This document shows positions 1 to 12,690 of a stretch of DNA of 64,000 bases, in pieces. Below the pieces are notes generated by a model, which searched no databases, was not told the DNA's origin, and was given only the letters and a program-made list of their open reading frames with translations. The stretch lies in NCBI RefSeq assembly GCF_963676685.1, contig NC_092355.1:16802001-16866000 (forward strand). Reading direction: 5' to 3'. Both the position numbers and the translations under genes were made by a program. The DNA comes from Mytilus edulis. Its lineage: Eukaryota. Every line of letters starts with the position of its first letter. Positions within the stretch are counted from its first letter, which is position 1.

Positions 1-137
1 CCATTTTGAGTGCCATCAAACTTCTGCAAAAAAAAACCAGATTAAAATCCTAGTTTACAATGATACCAAAGACTTATCACACATGTCACAGCTGATATAT
101 ATTAGAAATAGAGAGACGCGATAAGTAAATTTTGAAT

Positions 138-470
138 AACAAAAATTCGTAAGGGTTCCGCGGAACCCAGTGTCTCGCCTACTATTGCTGTTATTCGCAG
201 GCTCAACAAAAATGAGAAAAAAATCAATAAAAATATCCCTCTTGATACTATTTGTTGACTGTGAGAAGCATCTGTCCAAGTTTGGTAAATATCCACGATA
301 GTTTATGAATCTAATAAATGGTTTAAAAACTAAAAACATTTCTTTCTAGATACTAGCTTTTGATCATGAACAAGCTTAACTCCAAGTTTGGTACAAATCC
401 AAAACAGTATAAGAAAGGTATTAAAATTTAAAAAAACTTTAACCACATAGTGAATGTGTTTTTTCCTGGC
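138..470. repeat. Fragment of a dispersed HINE/MITE-like repeat
   Basis: Starts with a short hairpin (GGGTTCCGCGGAACCC) followed by two similar units containing 'tccaagtttggta(a/c)a...tcca' (~276 and ~380); architecture resembles the other HINEs in the window. Confidence 0.4.
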
Positions 471-1913
471 CAAATTTTTTTTTTACAAAAGTTGACCTTT
501 AATAGGGAAAATAGAAAAAAGAAAGCAAATTCAAATCTAGAACTGAAAATAAATTATCAAGCCCTTACAAGAAAGCAACAACGGATGAACAGGAAACGAA
601 GTGATACAGTTTTCAAAATAAGCAATACTAATCACAGATATCCCGTAAGTTATATCAAAGAAGATCAGAGCTGATTAAGTCAGTTAAAAATTAATAGTAT
701 ATCATATAAACCCAAACGAATTGAAATAAACTAGCAAAGTGTACAATTTCAAGGCAGAGCCGAAAATTCAATTTATTCAGTTAGCAGTGTCTTTTTTTGC
801 ACTTCGGTGTCCCTGATGATTTACGTTTATAGTTGAAATCGATTACTGACTAACACCGGTATACTACTGTTGCCTTTATATGTTACCTGAAAAAAAAAGA
901 AAATGTGAATTTACACAACTCAAAAAACAGGACTGACCAGGAATGCATTAGCAAGAATACAAAACTGAAGATACAAGAAAGCTATCAATGCAAAAGATCA
1001 CTGAAAGAGAAAGGAAACAAAAAACAGCTAACTATCATAGAATTTTTTTTAGAACGCAGTGATAATATCAGTAATATGCCGAATAAGAAGGAAGTGAAAA
1101 AAGTTAATGACCATCAAAAGCCGAAACGGATACTTGAAGATTACATAAACAATTACTACAGTGATAATTTTCGTTTGGAAAAAGAAACAACCAAGGCCAG
1201 TAGAGCTAAATGTCGTCCAAGTATAATATTTTGCAGTTTCGTTCACAACAAAAAGATAGTGCTTCTGCATTAAAAATGAAAATATGGCCCTGATGACAAG
1301 CAAAGGACTGAATGAAAAACTTGGCGAAACTGACAGAGCACTAGAAAGTTTATTACAGAAACTCTTATGATTCTTTAAAGGATAGTTAATTATATGGGCA
1401 AAACAAAAATAGCGTTTAGTAAAGGACAGATAATTGATATTAGTGTTGGACGGAAACAAAATGGGTAAGGTAAATGTTGAGCATAAAGTCATTGGGTTCA
1501 AAATAGAACTAGTCAAATTTGCTGATATCAATAGGCAATACGTCCATAGTTTTACTAATCAATACGAGATGATACACTTATTGAAATCATAAATCATAAA
1601 AATTTAAATAATTACTATTCCTACAAAATATTTTTCCGATAACAGCATTGTCAGATGTTTCCCCTTTGAGCAGATACAAACATGTGTATTAAAGAAAAGT
1701 GTTAAATTCACATAGCGGTGAACGGTTGGTAGTTATTTTCTTGACATCACCACGGCTTTTCATTAACAAAACATAACACCCTTATTTATCTGAGATGTTG
1801 TTGAAAATATCATCATTTTATTACCTTTGTGTGAGGAGGATATTTCGAAAACGGTATATTCATTCCAATCCTTTGCATTGCATGCCCAATTACCTTAATT
1901 TACTTAATTTATA

Positions 1914-1950
1914 TGTGGCATTCTTCAGCTTAGATTAGAAACAGGACGTT
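1914..1950 (+). mobile_element. Non-LTR retrotransposon 3' remnant, left half (CGILQLRLETGR)
   Basis: Translates to CGILQLRLETGR, which joins in frame to FVVESEYQRVCRMC...HFLIEC at ~9272 once the intervening Penelope-like element is removed. Confidence 0.65.
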
Positions 1951-2767
1951 GTCCTAAGTTTAGAGAACCCCAATACATCAATTGGAACCATACCTTCAAA
2001 ATAATTATGGATTCCATTGAGGACTAAGCAAGAGCATGGGCTAAGCGAGAAGAAGTTGAACTGGACACTTTGTCAGAATGGGTTAAAACTATCAGGTCTC
2101 TGATAAAACGTCGCATTCACGAGTTAAATTAAAGCGCGAAAGCGCTGTAAAGGCAGTTAATTACAGGTTGTGTGTATTTCTAGTCCAGTTATATCATTAT
2201 CTTCCATAGAACAGAGGTGGTTTGTAGAATTTAAGATTTAGGGTTCTTTTGTACCTAGTTCACCTATATCTATAGTCTACTGTTTACAGTATATTTTCTG
2301 TGCCTCGCCATGAAATGCATTTTTAGCCATGGCCTTGTCAGTTTGCTTTAAATTTATGAGTTTGACTGTCCCTTATGTGTCTTTCGTCCCTCTTCTTTAG
2401 ACATATAAGAACTTTTCCTTTTCAATATAAATAGACTATTTTTAATTATTGATTGTATACGCATATTCTATGACTCCTATAAAAAGAAGTTCACAAAGAT
2501 TGACTAGTCTCTGTACTGTGTGTATAGCAAGAACATCAAGTAACATAATGGTAAATGTACATAGTAACACATCAACTTTTTTGATGACCATACCTGCCAA
2601 CTGTCAGTATTTGCAGAGTATTTCCCCCATCGAGCTCGAGGCTCCCAAATGGAAATTGTGTAAGAGCAATTTTGTCGACTATTTTAAAGAAAACAATTAA
2701 TTCAACAATGGCAATGAGCTTGTTTATGCACGAAGAAGCCAAAAACCACATTAGAATATATTTGAAG

Positions 2768-4479
2768 GGAATCCATGACTAATCGCCCCATTAGCAAATA
2801 GCCCCACTTTTTCACTAACTCGCCCCACTTTAAAAAAAAACTGCCCCAACCTGGATAACCAAATCGCCCCACTTGTGAAATGTGTTATATCCCTTAATAT
2901 TACTCCTGCCAACTTGACCCAACTTATAGAAAACGATAATATCTAGATAAATATATTATTAACCAGGAAGAATTTACTATTGCCAACTCGCCCCACTCAT
3001 GTAAAAAGATGTTATCCCGTTGTATATAAGTTAAATTCCGTTAATATTACTCCTGCCAACTGGTCCCACCTAATGGAAATCAGTGAAATCTAGATAAATA
3101 TATTATTAACCAGGATGAATTTAGTAATGCCAAATAAAGGCAACAGTAGTATACCGCTATTCAAAACTCATAAATCCAGGGACAAAAAACAAAATCGGGG
3201 TAACAAACTAAAACCGAGGGAAACTCATTAAATATAAGAGGAGAACAACGACATAACACCGAAACGGACCAAGCATCAGACAAAACACCACGAGAATAAC
3301 AAATATAACATGAAAACCAAATACATGAATTAGGGATAGACAAGTACCGTGCCACGTCTGATCTCAATATCTCAAAAATAAGAGAAAACACAAACGACTC
3401 AACGTTATATTAAAATGCAACACACACAGAAACGAACAATAATATAACAATGGCCATCTTCCTGACTTGGTACAGGACACTTTTAAAGGGAATAAAAATA
3501 AAAAGTGGTGGGTTGAACCTGGTTTTGTGGCATGCCAAACCTCGCACTTTAATGGCAAAGTTAAATATAACATTGAAATGACAACATATTACAGGACTAC
3601 AATACAAATAAATAGGAGAACATATTAGACAAAGATTAACATGATTAATAGATAACAAAAAGCATCAGGTTTAAAATTCAATACGCCAAAAACGCGCCTT
3701 GTCCACACAGGACTTACAAGTGACGCCCAGATATAAAAGATCGAAAGAGAAAAAAGTACAAAGTTGTACAGCACTGGAGATAAAAAGTTGAAAAGGTTTC
3801 GCCAAATACGGCATTGTTTTTATGCCCGGGATAAGAACATTCTTATTATATAGAACAATTCATGCTATTGCAAACAGTAAATTTTATCAAATGAATATGA
3901 AAGAGATATACATAAAGAAACTGAAGTATTAACTAATTACAGAAAACTAAACCCGAATACATAACGCCCAGATATAAAAGATCGAAAGTGAAAAAGGCAC
4001 AAAGCCGCACAGCACCGAAGACCAAAAGCTGAAAAGGTCTTGCCACTCTCCCCACTTATGGAAAAAGATGTTATCCCGTTGAATATAATTTAAATTCCTT
4101 ATATTGCATTATGATACAATTAACAGGTTTCTTTTCAATTGTTATGCAAATAACTAAGCTTCAAAACTTAGTTATTCTTCAAAAATACATTTTTTTTTTA
4201 GAATTATAATTTCAGTATATCAATAATAGTAATTAAATAAATTTTCGGTTTGTTTGTATTCTGTGTAGATTAGTTTTCATTAAAGTGGTGCGAGTTTTTA
4301 TTTTTAATTATATATATATATATATTAATCTAAATATTACCGTTTTTTAGGGCGGGTTGGCAGGAGTAATATTTAACATGATTTAACCAATTTCACATGT
4401 GGGGCGATTTGATAAATCAGTTTGTGGCGGTTTTTTTAAAAGTGGGCAATTAGCCAGTGGGGCGACTTGTCCTGCTTCC
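2768..4479. mobile_element. Foldback-type MITE, GG...CC ends, 8-bp TSD ATTTGAAG
   Basis: Long imperfect TIRs rich in (T)CGCCCCAC (2768-2920 vs 4345-4479). ATTTGAAG is duplicated on both sides, while the empty host copy at ~37038 has it once. Confidence 0.85.
3134..4045 (-). mobile_element. Penelope-associated pLTR-like fragment nested in the MITE
   Basis: Interrupts an internal repeat unit (…tgcca|ctc…cccact…). Shares CCTGTACCAAGTCAGGA with 9138-9154 and carries a degenerate hammerhead at ~3683-3730. Confidence 0.7.
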
Positions 4480-7400
4480 ATTTGAAGGCCCCCTTGAAGG
4501 TTGTGTATGACTATATGAACCACCTTTCACGTAAAACCCCCATGTGCATTTTGAAAAGTTGGCAGATATGTTTCTAACTCCAGGCAAAATCTACCGGTAT
4601 GAATGAAAAAGAAGTTTTCAATTAAGGCTCTGTGGCCATAACAGCTGTCTCATTAGCATTTTAACCACTTCCCATATTTGCAATTAAAACAATAGAAGAA
4701 AATTATTCAACGCAAAAACAAAACTTACTTGTAAATATGAAATTCTCTTTACGTTATGAGTTTTTCTCATTGTTTGAGATTGTACAGTAGTACCTGTAAC
4801 TGCTTATACCTATTTCTTATTCACTTTTGCTTGATAAACTCACTAAATATCATGTATATACATTGTACCACATCTCCTTATTTTTATATGCATTCCAATA
4901 ACATGAACAATTGTAATTCAATTCTATATACCAAAGCAAAATGAACTGCACCACTTTCATTCACTAGTATGCATCTTTTGGCAAAATACAAGTTCTTAAA
5001 TGACACAAGATATATTTATTGATAAAAAAAATAAAATTTAGTATACAACTCTTTAACAGGTATAAAAAAAAAGCACAGCTGTGTCATAACTTGTGAAATC
5101 TGTGCTGAAAACATAGACATTGATGGTATTTGAGTAATTCCATATGTGAAGCTCAACATTAGCTCGTCAGTTGGTGGTGGACAGTTATAGTTCCTTTCTG
5201 CAGGCTAGGATGAATGACTTTTCAGGAAAACCAATTTCACAAATCAAAACTTTCCTCTAGATTTCTCCTACAATATTCATCCAGTTTAGTTCTTTTGGTT
5301 TAATTGGACACCGTCCTGATTTTTAATTTTGCAAACCATTCAGTCTCTTGCTTGCAAATGGTGCATGAAAATAGGATTGGTATGGCAGTAGACAAGTCAC
5401 TTTAAAGTGGGTTTGTGCCCTGAAAAAAAGTTTTATAACTTTAGTTTTTTTGAAACTTGTGCAACACACATACCTAAATAACTATAACATAGAAGAGAGC
5501 ATCATTCGTGTCAATGTTTTGTTCCTGTTTACATTGTCATTGATATTTTTTCAGAAAGCCTGAGGCATAGCTCAGGAATTCCTGTCATTACATCCTAAAT
5601 TAACATAATTACTGCTAGAATAATTATCAGTATGATATACGTACACTATCATTGTACAGCCCAAGTCTTCAGTATATATCATTGTTGCATTCATTCACTC
5701 CTGTGTTCAGTCGTTCAAAAATATTTAAACATCAACAAATGAACTTTAATATTAAAGGACAAGAAAACACTAGAAAAGATACGTACATACAACCCGTGTT
5801 TAAGTGTATTTGAAAGAGAAATATATCTGGTTAAACGATGTATAAAGGAGGAAAAAATTGCAGATATTGCATTACGATGCTTTCTACATAATAGCACGTG
5901 AATATGTTTACATATTTAGACTTGACCCAGTATGACCCGTACCTTGTAGGTCACCGCCGTCGTTTAAACACTAGACTACAGTCGTGTATAAGACAATAAA
6001 ATGCTTAAGCCTGTACTATTTGTGTGAAGTAAATGTGTTTTTTCTGTACATTTAAATTGTTTTACCTGATAGCAAGGACGTATATTTATCCGTTTCCTTC
6101 TCAATTCACTTTGTCAATTTCTTCGAGCTCCTTCAAAACATACGTATAACTGAGCCCGGAAGTGAAAAAAATATTAGAAATCCTCGTAAAATAATGCTAT
6201 TTTCAATTTTGTGGAATCCATTTTGTTATATTTATTATATAAAGATAAAAAAAGTTACGATTAATTATGAATTTGCATATCATTATACGGAACGTTTATG
6301 GACTATTTTTCCATAGCTGTAAGTCGGTCATTTTGGCGAGAAATCATGTACACATACACACGTAGATTGGCTGGTACCTGATCGTAATGTTACACATCAG
6401 ATATATCAAATAGCTAATACCCGGAACGTAGTACCGGGAACCAGGATAATACGTAGACAACATACATAACTAATACCGAAATTGAAAACGCTTTACGGTT
6501 TCTTGTTTATAAACTGAATTCCGCTTTGAATTATAGAAGATGCAATATTAATCATGTTCAGTCGACTTTTCATTGTTATATCAACGTCTGAACTAATTAA
6601 AAAATCTTTAGATCTCAGATAACACTCGAAATTGACCCGACCTCTTTCCACACGGAATACAAATAATGATAGTTTGTAGTCAGGTTGACTGCTTATAATG
6701 CAAAATACACATTAATAACAAGTTCTATAAAACGAACAATACACACTGATCGTTTCTTTAGTCCCCAATGTAAATGAAAGAAACAAAAACCATATCATAC
6801 CATAAAAAGAAGAGGAGAAATTCGAACATTTCCGGATCTTTTTCTGGCCAAAAGACCCCCTGCATAGATTGCGTATGAAAAGATTAACCTCATGACTTGA
6901 AAGTCAGGCCTTAAAGCACTGCCTTTAAAAACATTGTGGACGATCGACCAAAGACCGTTTTCAGAGACAAAGAGGCCACGAAATGTCTATCATCTCTTCA
7001 TGATAAGTATGTTGTTGTTCCTGCGGACAAGGCTTCAAATAATATTGTCTTTGTATGTAAATCGAATGTCTTGTAAAAGAAATTTGGTATTAAGGAGCAC
7101 TGAGGTAATCCCACATACAAAGACATATCATTTGACAAGGATGAGATTTTAGCAAATCATATGTCCTTTATGGCTTCAACAAACATTACATTCAACACCA
7201 AATCTGAGGACTTACCTTGTTTGTATTGGATACCAAAGCTTCATAAAATTCCGTACAAACAACGGTATATTGCTGGTTCATATTCATGTTCGACTAAAGA
7301 ATTGTCCATTAGATTGACTAAAATTCTGTCCGCAGTGAAAGAGGCTCTTCAGAAATACTGTGAAACTGTTTACTCACGTAGTGGTATTAACCATATGTGG

Positions 7401-9271
7401 ATTCTTAAAAATTCTAAAGAACTTCTAGACAATTTTAAATCTCGGTCTTTTTCTGAAATTAGTTCTATCAAAACTTTTGATTTTTCAACCATGTATACCA
7501 CCATTCCCCATGAGGAATTGAAAAATCGCCTTAAAGAAATAATCCACAATGCCTTTCAGCATAAAAATGGTAGCATACGCTATAAGTTTATTACTTTGGG
7601 ATTTCATATATTTCGTTAATAGTGACAAACAAAAAGGTAAAACATGCTACACAGAAGAACAAGTGGTCAGTATGCTGGAGTTTCTTATCGACAACCTATT
7701 TGTTGAGTTTGGAGGTAGACTTTTCCAACAAATTGACGGCATTCCTATGGGAACAAACTGTGGGCCTCTTCTTGCCGCCGACCTCTTCTTATTTTCATAT
7801 GAATCGGAGTTCCTCCAGACACTTGTCAAAAACAAGAGGATCAAAGAAGCCATGCAGATTATTTAATTTCACTTTCAGATATATTGATGATGCTCTTTCC
7901 ATAAACAATCCGAACTTTTCTGATTGGGTTCCATTAATATAACCCCCAGAACTAGAAATTAAAGAAACAACAGACATGGCTTCCTCCGCCTCATTTTTAG
8001 ACTTATATCTCGAATTTGACTTACACAGTCATCTCAGTACAAAAATCTATGACAAACGAGACGATTTTAATTTTGAAATTATCAATTTCCCCCACCTTAG
8101 TAGCAATATACCAACTTCACCTGCATATGGGATATATATTTCCCAACTTATTCGATATTCAAGAGCTTGCAGCTCCTACTGAGACTTTGTAAAACGTCAT
8201 CAGTGTCTGAGTAGAAAGTTGATTAACCAGGGGTATGTCAAAGCATGTTTCGTCCTTTTTAAAAAAAAAAAGGACATCGGAAGGTACCAAGACCTTGTTG
8301 ATAAGTATTCCGTTTCAACTTCCCAAATAATACATGATGGTCTTGATGTATAGATTCTGCGTACTGATGTTGTTTATCATCTTAACAACGTGTTTTATTG
8401 TTCTTTCATTTGTCTTTGTTCTATTATTAATATTACTTTTACTTTTGGATTGTGATATCCATTTGGCGTGGCTCGGTACTTATACATCAAGTCAATGTGT
8501 TTGTATTGTCTTTCATTTTTTGCTGGTGTGTTTTGTATATACGACTTTTTGTATTTCTTTGGTTCTTATAACGTGACTCTATACTTCAAAAGATCCCGTC
8601 AGTATGATATTGTTCTATTTTATGTCAGTATGATATATTTCTATTATGAATTACAAAATACGTTGAACCACAAACGTCAAAATCATTCAATCACGTAGTG
8701 GAATTAACTATTTGTGGATTCTTATAAATTCTTTATATTACTTTTGGACTATTTTAAATCTCGGTCTATTTCTGAAATTTATTCTTACATACTTTTGATT
8801 TTTTAACCCTGTATGCTAACATTGCCTATGTGAAATTTTAAAATTGTTTGTATGTACACTGAACGACAAATATATGTGACGTATAAAATTTTCTGACGTC
8901 AGACACGCGAATCAATGAATGCGTTTGTAGATGTTTTGGTGGTCTGTTAAATTGTTCCTTTTAAAATTGTTACAAAATGATGACTGCTGTACCCATATTT
9001 TGACTATTTTATCTATTGTGTCTGTTTAGTTAACGCATCATTGTAAATATAACAAAATTTGATGAGACTGTCATCAAAGTCAGAGGGTTAGCGCTATAAA
9101 AGCAGGTTTAATCCACCATTTTCTACATTTGAAAATGCCTGTACCAAGTCAGGAAAATGACAAGTTTTGTCCATTCGTTTTTGATGTGTTTTGTTATTTG
9201 ATTTTGCCATGTGATTATGGACTTCCCAAATTGATTTTCCTCTGAGTTCAGTATTTTTGTGATTTTACTTT

Positions 9272-9530
9272 TTGTTGTTGAGTCAGAATACCAACGGGTA
9301 TGTAGAATGTGCGACTCCGGACATGTTGAAAATGAACTACACTTTCTGATTGAATGCGAATTTTACAATGAACTACGTAATCAATTATTCTCTGGACTCA
9401 GTAAAACCGTATTAAATTTGAATAACAGTGAAAAGTTAAATTTATTATTGTCAGAACATCCTCGAAAAACAGCTTGATACTTAGAACAGTCATTAACAAA
9501 ACGCAGACAACACTTATTTTTAAATAATTA
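9272..9530 (+). mobile_element. Non-LTR retrotransposon 3' remnant, right half (CCHC-type zinc knuckle; RTE-X/L2-like)
   Basis: RVCRMCDSGHVENELHFLIECEFYNELR matches the CxxC...ExHFLxxC motif found C-terminal to RT in non-LTR elements. Confidence 0.75.
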
Positions 9531-10022
9531 ACATGTATATAAAATTCCTGATGTCAATCTGAATTAATGCTATAGTATCTATTTGAAGTGACTTATAGGT
9601 CCATTGGCCCGGGTGTAATTTAATTGAATTTTTTTTTTCAATATTGTATATATTTTGTTATACACACTGTCATTATAATAAACATATTTGCATTGTGTTG
9701 TATTGTATATGATGGGCAATTTGTTTCTAATTTTATTTATGTTGTTTTACCTTATATCCATTATATTTTCCGCTTTATACATATACAGGTACATGGAATT
9801 AGGGGGAGTGTTCATTTGTCCGTTCTTTCGTTTTTTCGTTCTTTCGTCTGTTTATTTTTATAGCTGATTCATGAAACACACGACACAATTTTGTAAAACT
9901 TCAACAGGACCTCACTCACATGATGTAATTGTCATGGGACTTCATAGTATCTTCACAATATTGATTGCCTTTATACAGTCTACGTAGACCTATGTCTGGG
10001 TCATACAGATAAAGAAATATGG

Positions 10023-11066
10023 TTTTCATACGCCCGTCAAAATTTTGACGGGACGTATTATGGTATACAAATGTCCTGTGTTCGTCCGTCTGTCCGTCCG
10101 TCTGTCTGTCCGTCTGTCCGGCGTAAACATGTCGCACCGTAACTTGAGAACGACTTATCCAAATTTCATAAAACTTAATATAGTTGTTTCTTATGATGGT
10201 CAAATGATCTGTATACTTTTTGGTGAAAATAAGATTTAAACTTTTTGAGTTACGACACTTTATAACTAAAACAGGGATGTGTGTTTTTCACATGTCGCAC
10301 TGTATCTCAAAAACTATTCTTGATTATGACTTAAAACTTTAAACACTTCTTAGTTATATTAATCGCAATATCTGTATACTTTTTGGTGATGATTCAAATT
10401 TCATTTTTGAGTTATTAGTATTTTGTAAAAAAGGGGGAGGTTTTTTTTACATGTCGCGCCATATCTCAAAAACTATTTATGATCATTGCTTAAAACTTTA
10501 CACATGTTTTTGTTATATTAATCTAAAGATATGTATACTTTTTGGTGATGATTCAAAATTTCATTTTTGAGTTATTAGTATTTTGTATAAAAGGGGGAGG
10601 GTTTTTTACATGTTGTGCCGTATCTCAAAAACGATTTATGATTATTGCTTAAAACTTTACACACTTCTTTGTTCTATCAATCTAAAGATCTGTATACTTT
10701 TTGATGATTATTCGAAATTTTATTTTTGAGTTATTGAATATTTTGTAAAACAGGGAAGGGTTTTTTTCATGTCGCGCCGTATCTGAAAAATAATTTATGT
10801 TTATTGCTTAAAACTTTACACACTTCTTTGTTATATTAATCTAAAGATCTGTATACTTTTTGGTTTTGATTCAAAATTTTATTTTGGTAATATTTAGTTT
10901 TTTGTAAAAAAAAAAAAACAGGGTGGGGGTATCACATGTCCCGCCGTGTCTCTAAAACAATTATATGGTTATTGCTTAAAACTTTCTCAGAAACTATTTA
11001 TGATTATTGCATAAGACTTCCACATAAGACGTTGGGCGTATCATGCGCTCATGATGCAGCTGTTTA
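10023..11066 (+). mobile_element. Non-autonomous Helentron-like element (HINE/DINE-1 type) with ~160-bp internal tandem repeats
   Basis: 5' hairpin CCCGTCAAAATTTTGACGGG; subterminal IR TACGCCC...GGGCGTA; (GTCC/GTCT)n microsatellite; unit TGTATACTTTTTG recurs at 10210, 10373, 10532, 10691 and 10850; T-rich ends. Confidence 0.85.
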
Positions 11067-12239
11067 TTAATGATGTCAAGAGCTGGATTTGCAAAGTGGA
11101 GCACTAGAAATGTCTTTATTATAGTACTGAAGATCTAAAGTCAAGCGCTGTCAAACATAAGTCAAGCGCTGGAGGTGTAAAGTCTCATCATGAGGATATA
11201 AAATACAGACCTGAAGATATTAAGTATAGCTCTGGAGATGCAAAGGTCCAGCAATCGAGATTTAAGTCCGGCTCCTAAGATATAAACTCAAATATTATTA
11301 CCTCAAATAAGAGACACTAATTAAGAAAAAAATCACGAAGGATAAAGGAAAGGCTAAAATGTTCAGAGTGCTCACAGTTTTTGTAGAAAACAAAATCAGA
11401 CGTTTAGAACATTTAGGGTTATCGGATCTTTGTATGGGTAACAAATACACGATTAAATCAAATTGTTTACTTGTGTGAATGACTTGTGGAGAGACAAACA
11501 TAGTTATTTGACTTTTTAACACATTCTACTCATAACATTTAATGTATACCAAGGCTTAAAGCTGTATTATCCATTCTTTTTCTTTTCATATACCTTTTTA
11601 AAGATTTTTTCCACTCCAAAATCAATCAAATAAAAGTTACACACATTAATATATATCTAAGCCCCCGTTTTAAACTTTGGAATCTACGTTATTTTTTACG
11701 CCTGGACACACTTCAATGCAATTTTGTTTCGATATCGCTATTAAAATCATCGCTGAATTTAAAACCATACCTAACACGTCTATATTGATATCGTTTCAAA
11801 ATGTGATTTATATGTAGATGAAGTCACATGATTTAATCTAATCCGGGGTATTTGTCTCCAGTATTTGGAATTGTTAATCTTCCTGAATAAACGTGAGCAG
11901 TTTTCATTTTATTTTCCGTCTCAAATATTTTGACCTCAATAATTTAATTTAACGGTTTTGTGTTTAAGATTTATAAGCTGCTTATTACAATATAGATTCA
12001 TGTTTTTCTCTTTTAAACCAAAATTTACTTTCGTTTTCGTTTATGGTTTGTGAAATATACCATGGTAAGGTTGATAAACTATTTACAATGTTCTTCTGAT
12101 AACACATATGTATTCTTTATAACAATTTAAATCATCTTTTAAAGTTTAGTGTAAACATTATTTATCTTTGAAAAGAGATACAATAACACTTGGATAGTTC
12201 AAATGACACAATTATAAATATGTTTCGGTAGAAGTAAAC

Positions 12240-12690
12240 ATAAAAAATAAAAATCTCAAAAATACTGAACTCCGAGGAAAATTCAAAACGAAAAGTTTCT
12301 AATCAAATGACAAAATCATAAGCCCAAGCACATCAAACTACAAAAAAAAAAATGTTATAGAAAACAACTGTCATACTCCTGACTTTGTACAGGCATTTTC
12401 ATACGTAAAATATGGTAGAGTAAACCTGGTTTTATAGCTAGCTAAACCTCCTACTCGTATACCAGTCGCATCAAATTCCGTTATATAGACAACGATGTGT
12501 AAACAAAACAAACAGACTTAACAGGTTAAAATGTCAAAAACATTGCGTTTTAATCTAGATAACTATAAAAACGAACAATTATGTAACAAAGAAGCAAAAA
12601 TAAAAGGCATATAAACAAAGCACATTATCAAAATTACAGAAAAGAATACAGAAATTATACCATATCACAATAAGACATTGACAGGATGCA
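12240..12690 (-). repeat. Penelope-associated pLTR-like repeat copy
   Basis: Diverged reverse complement of ~8980-9273 (e.g. AAAAATACTGAACTC, CCTGACTT…GTACAGGCATTTTC). Confidence 0.7.

Larger units (their letters stand above)
2589..4570. mobile_element. hAT-like MITE with CATACCTGCCAACT TIRs (interrupted copy)
   Basis: TIRs CATACCTGCCAACT...AGTTGGCAGATATG; colinear with the uninterrupted 264-bp copy at 36866-37129. Confidence 0.85.
2128..6924. mobile_element. TTAA-target DNA element (Kolobok/piggyBac-like, non-autonomous) inserted in the Penelope RT
   Basis: TTAA lies on both sides (2124-2127, 6925-6928). Inverted repeat TAAAGGCAGT (2148-2157) / ACTGCCTTTA (6918-6927). Removing it rejoins the RT coding sequence approximately. 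Confidence 0.6.
1951..9273 (+). mobile_element. Decayed, 5'-truncated Penelope-like retroelement (RT with no C-terminal GIY-YIG; Naiad-like), split by a 4.8-kb insertion
   Basis: 1951-2127 reads (G)PKFREPQYINWNHTFKIIMDSIED*ARAWAKREEVELDTLSEWVKTIRSLIKRRIHEL. It resumes at ~6929 with DRPKTVFRDKEATKCLSSLHDKYVVVPADKASNN, then WIPKLHK, DFSTMYT, QIDGIPMGTNCGPLL, FRYIDD, YDKRDDF and SNIPTSPAYGIYISQLIRYSRAC, ending ~8352. Several stops and frameshifts. A pLTR-like 3' region runs ~8353-9273. Confidence 0.9.

Noticed and set aside
905-1760. ORFs 905-1273 and 1049-1531
   Set aside because: Low-complexity A-rich sequence with no recognisable domain; at most a very decayed LINE relic (…YFLDITTAF near 1735).
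7101-7103. In-frame TGA as selenocysteine (some Naiad elements encode selenoproteins)
   Set aside because: The same copy has TAA/TAG stops and frameshifts, so a random nonsense mutation is the simpler explanation; no SECIS was identified.
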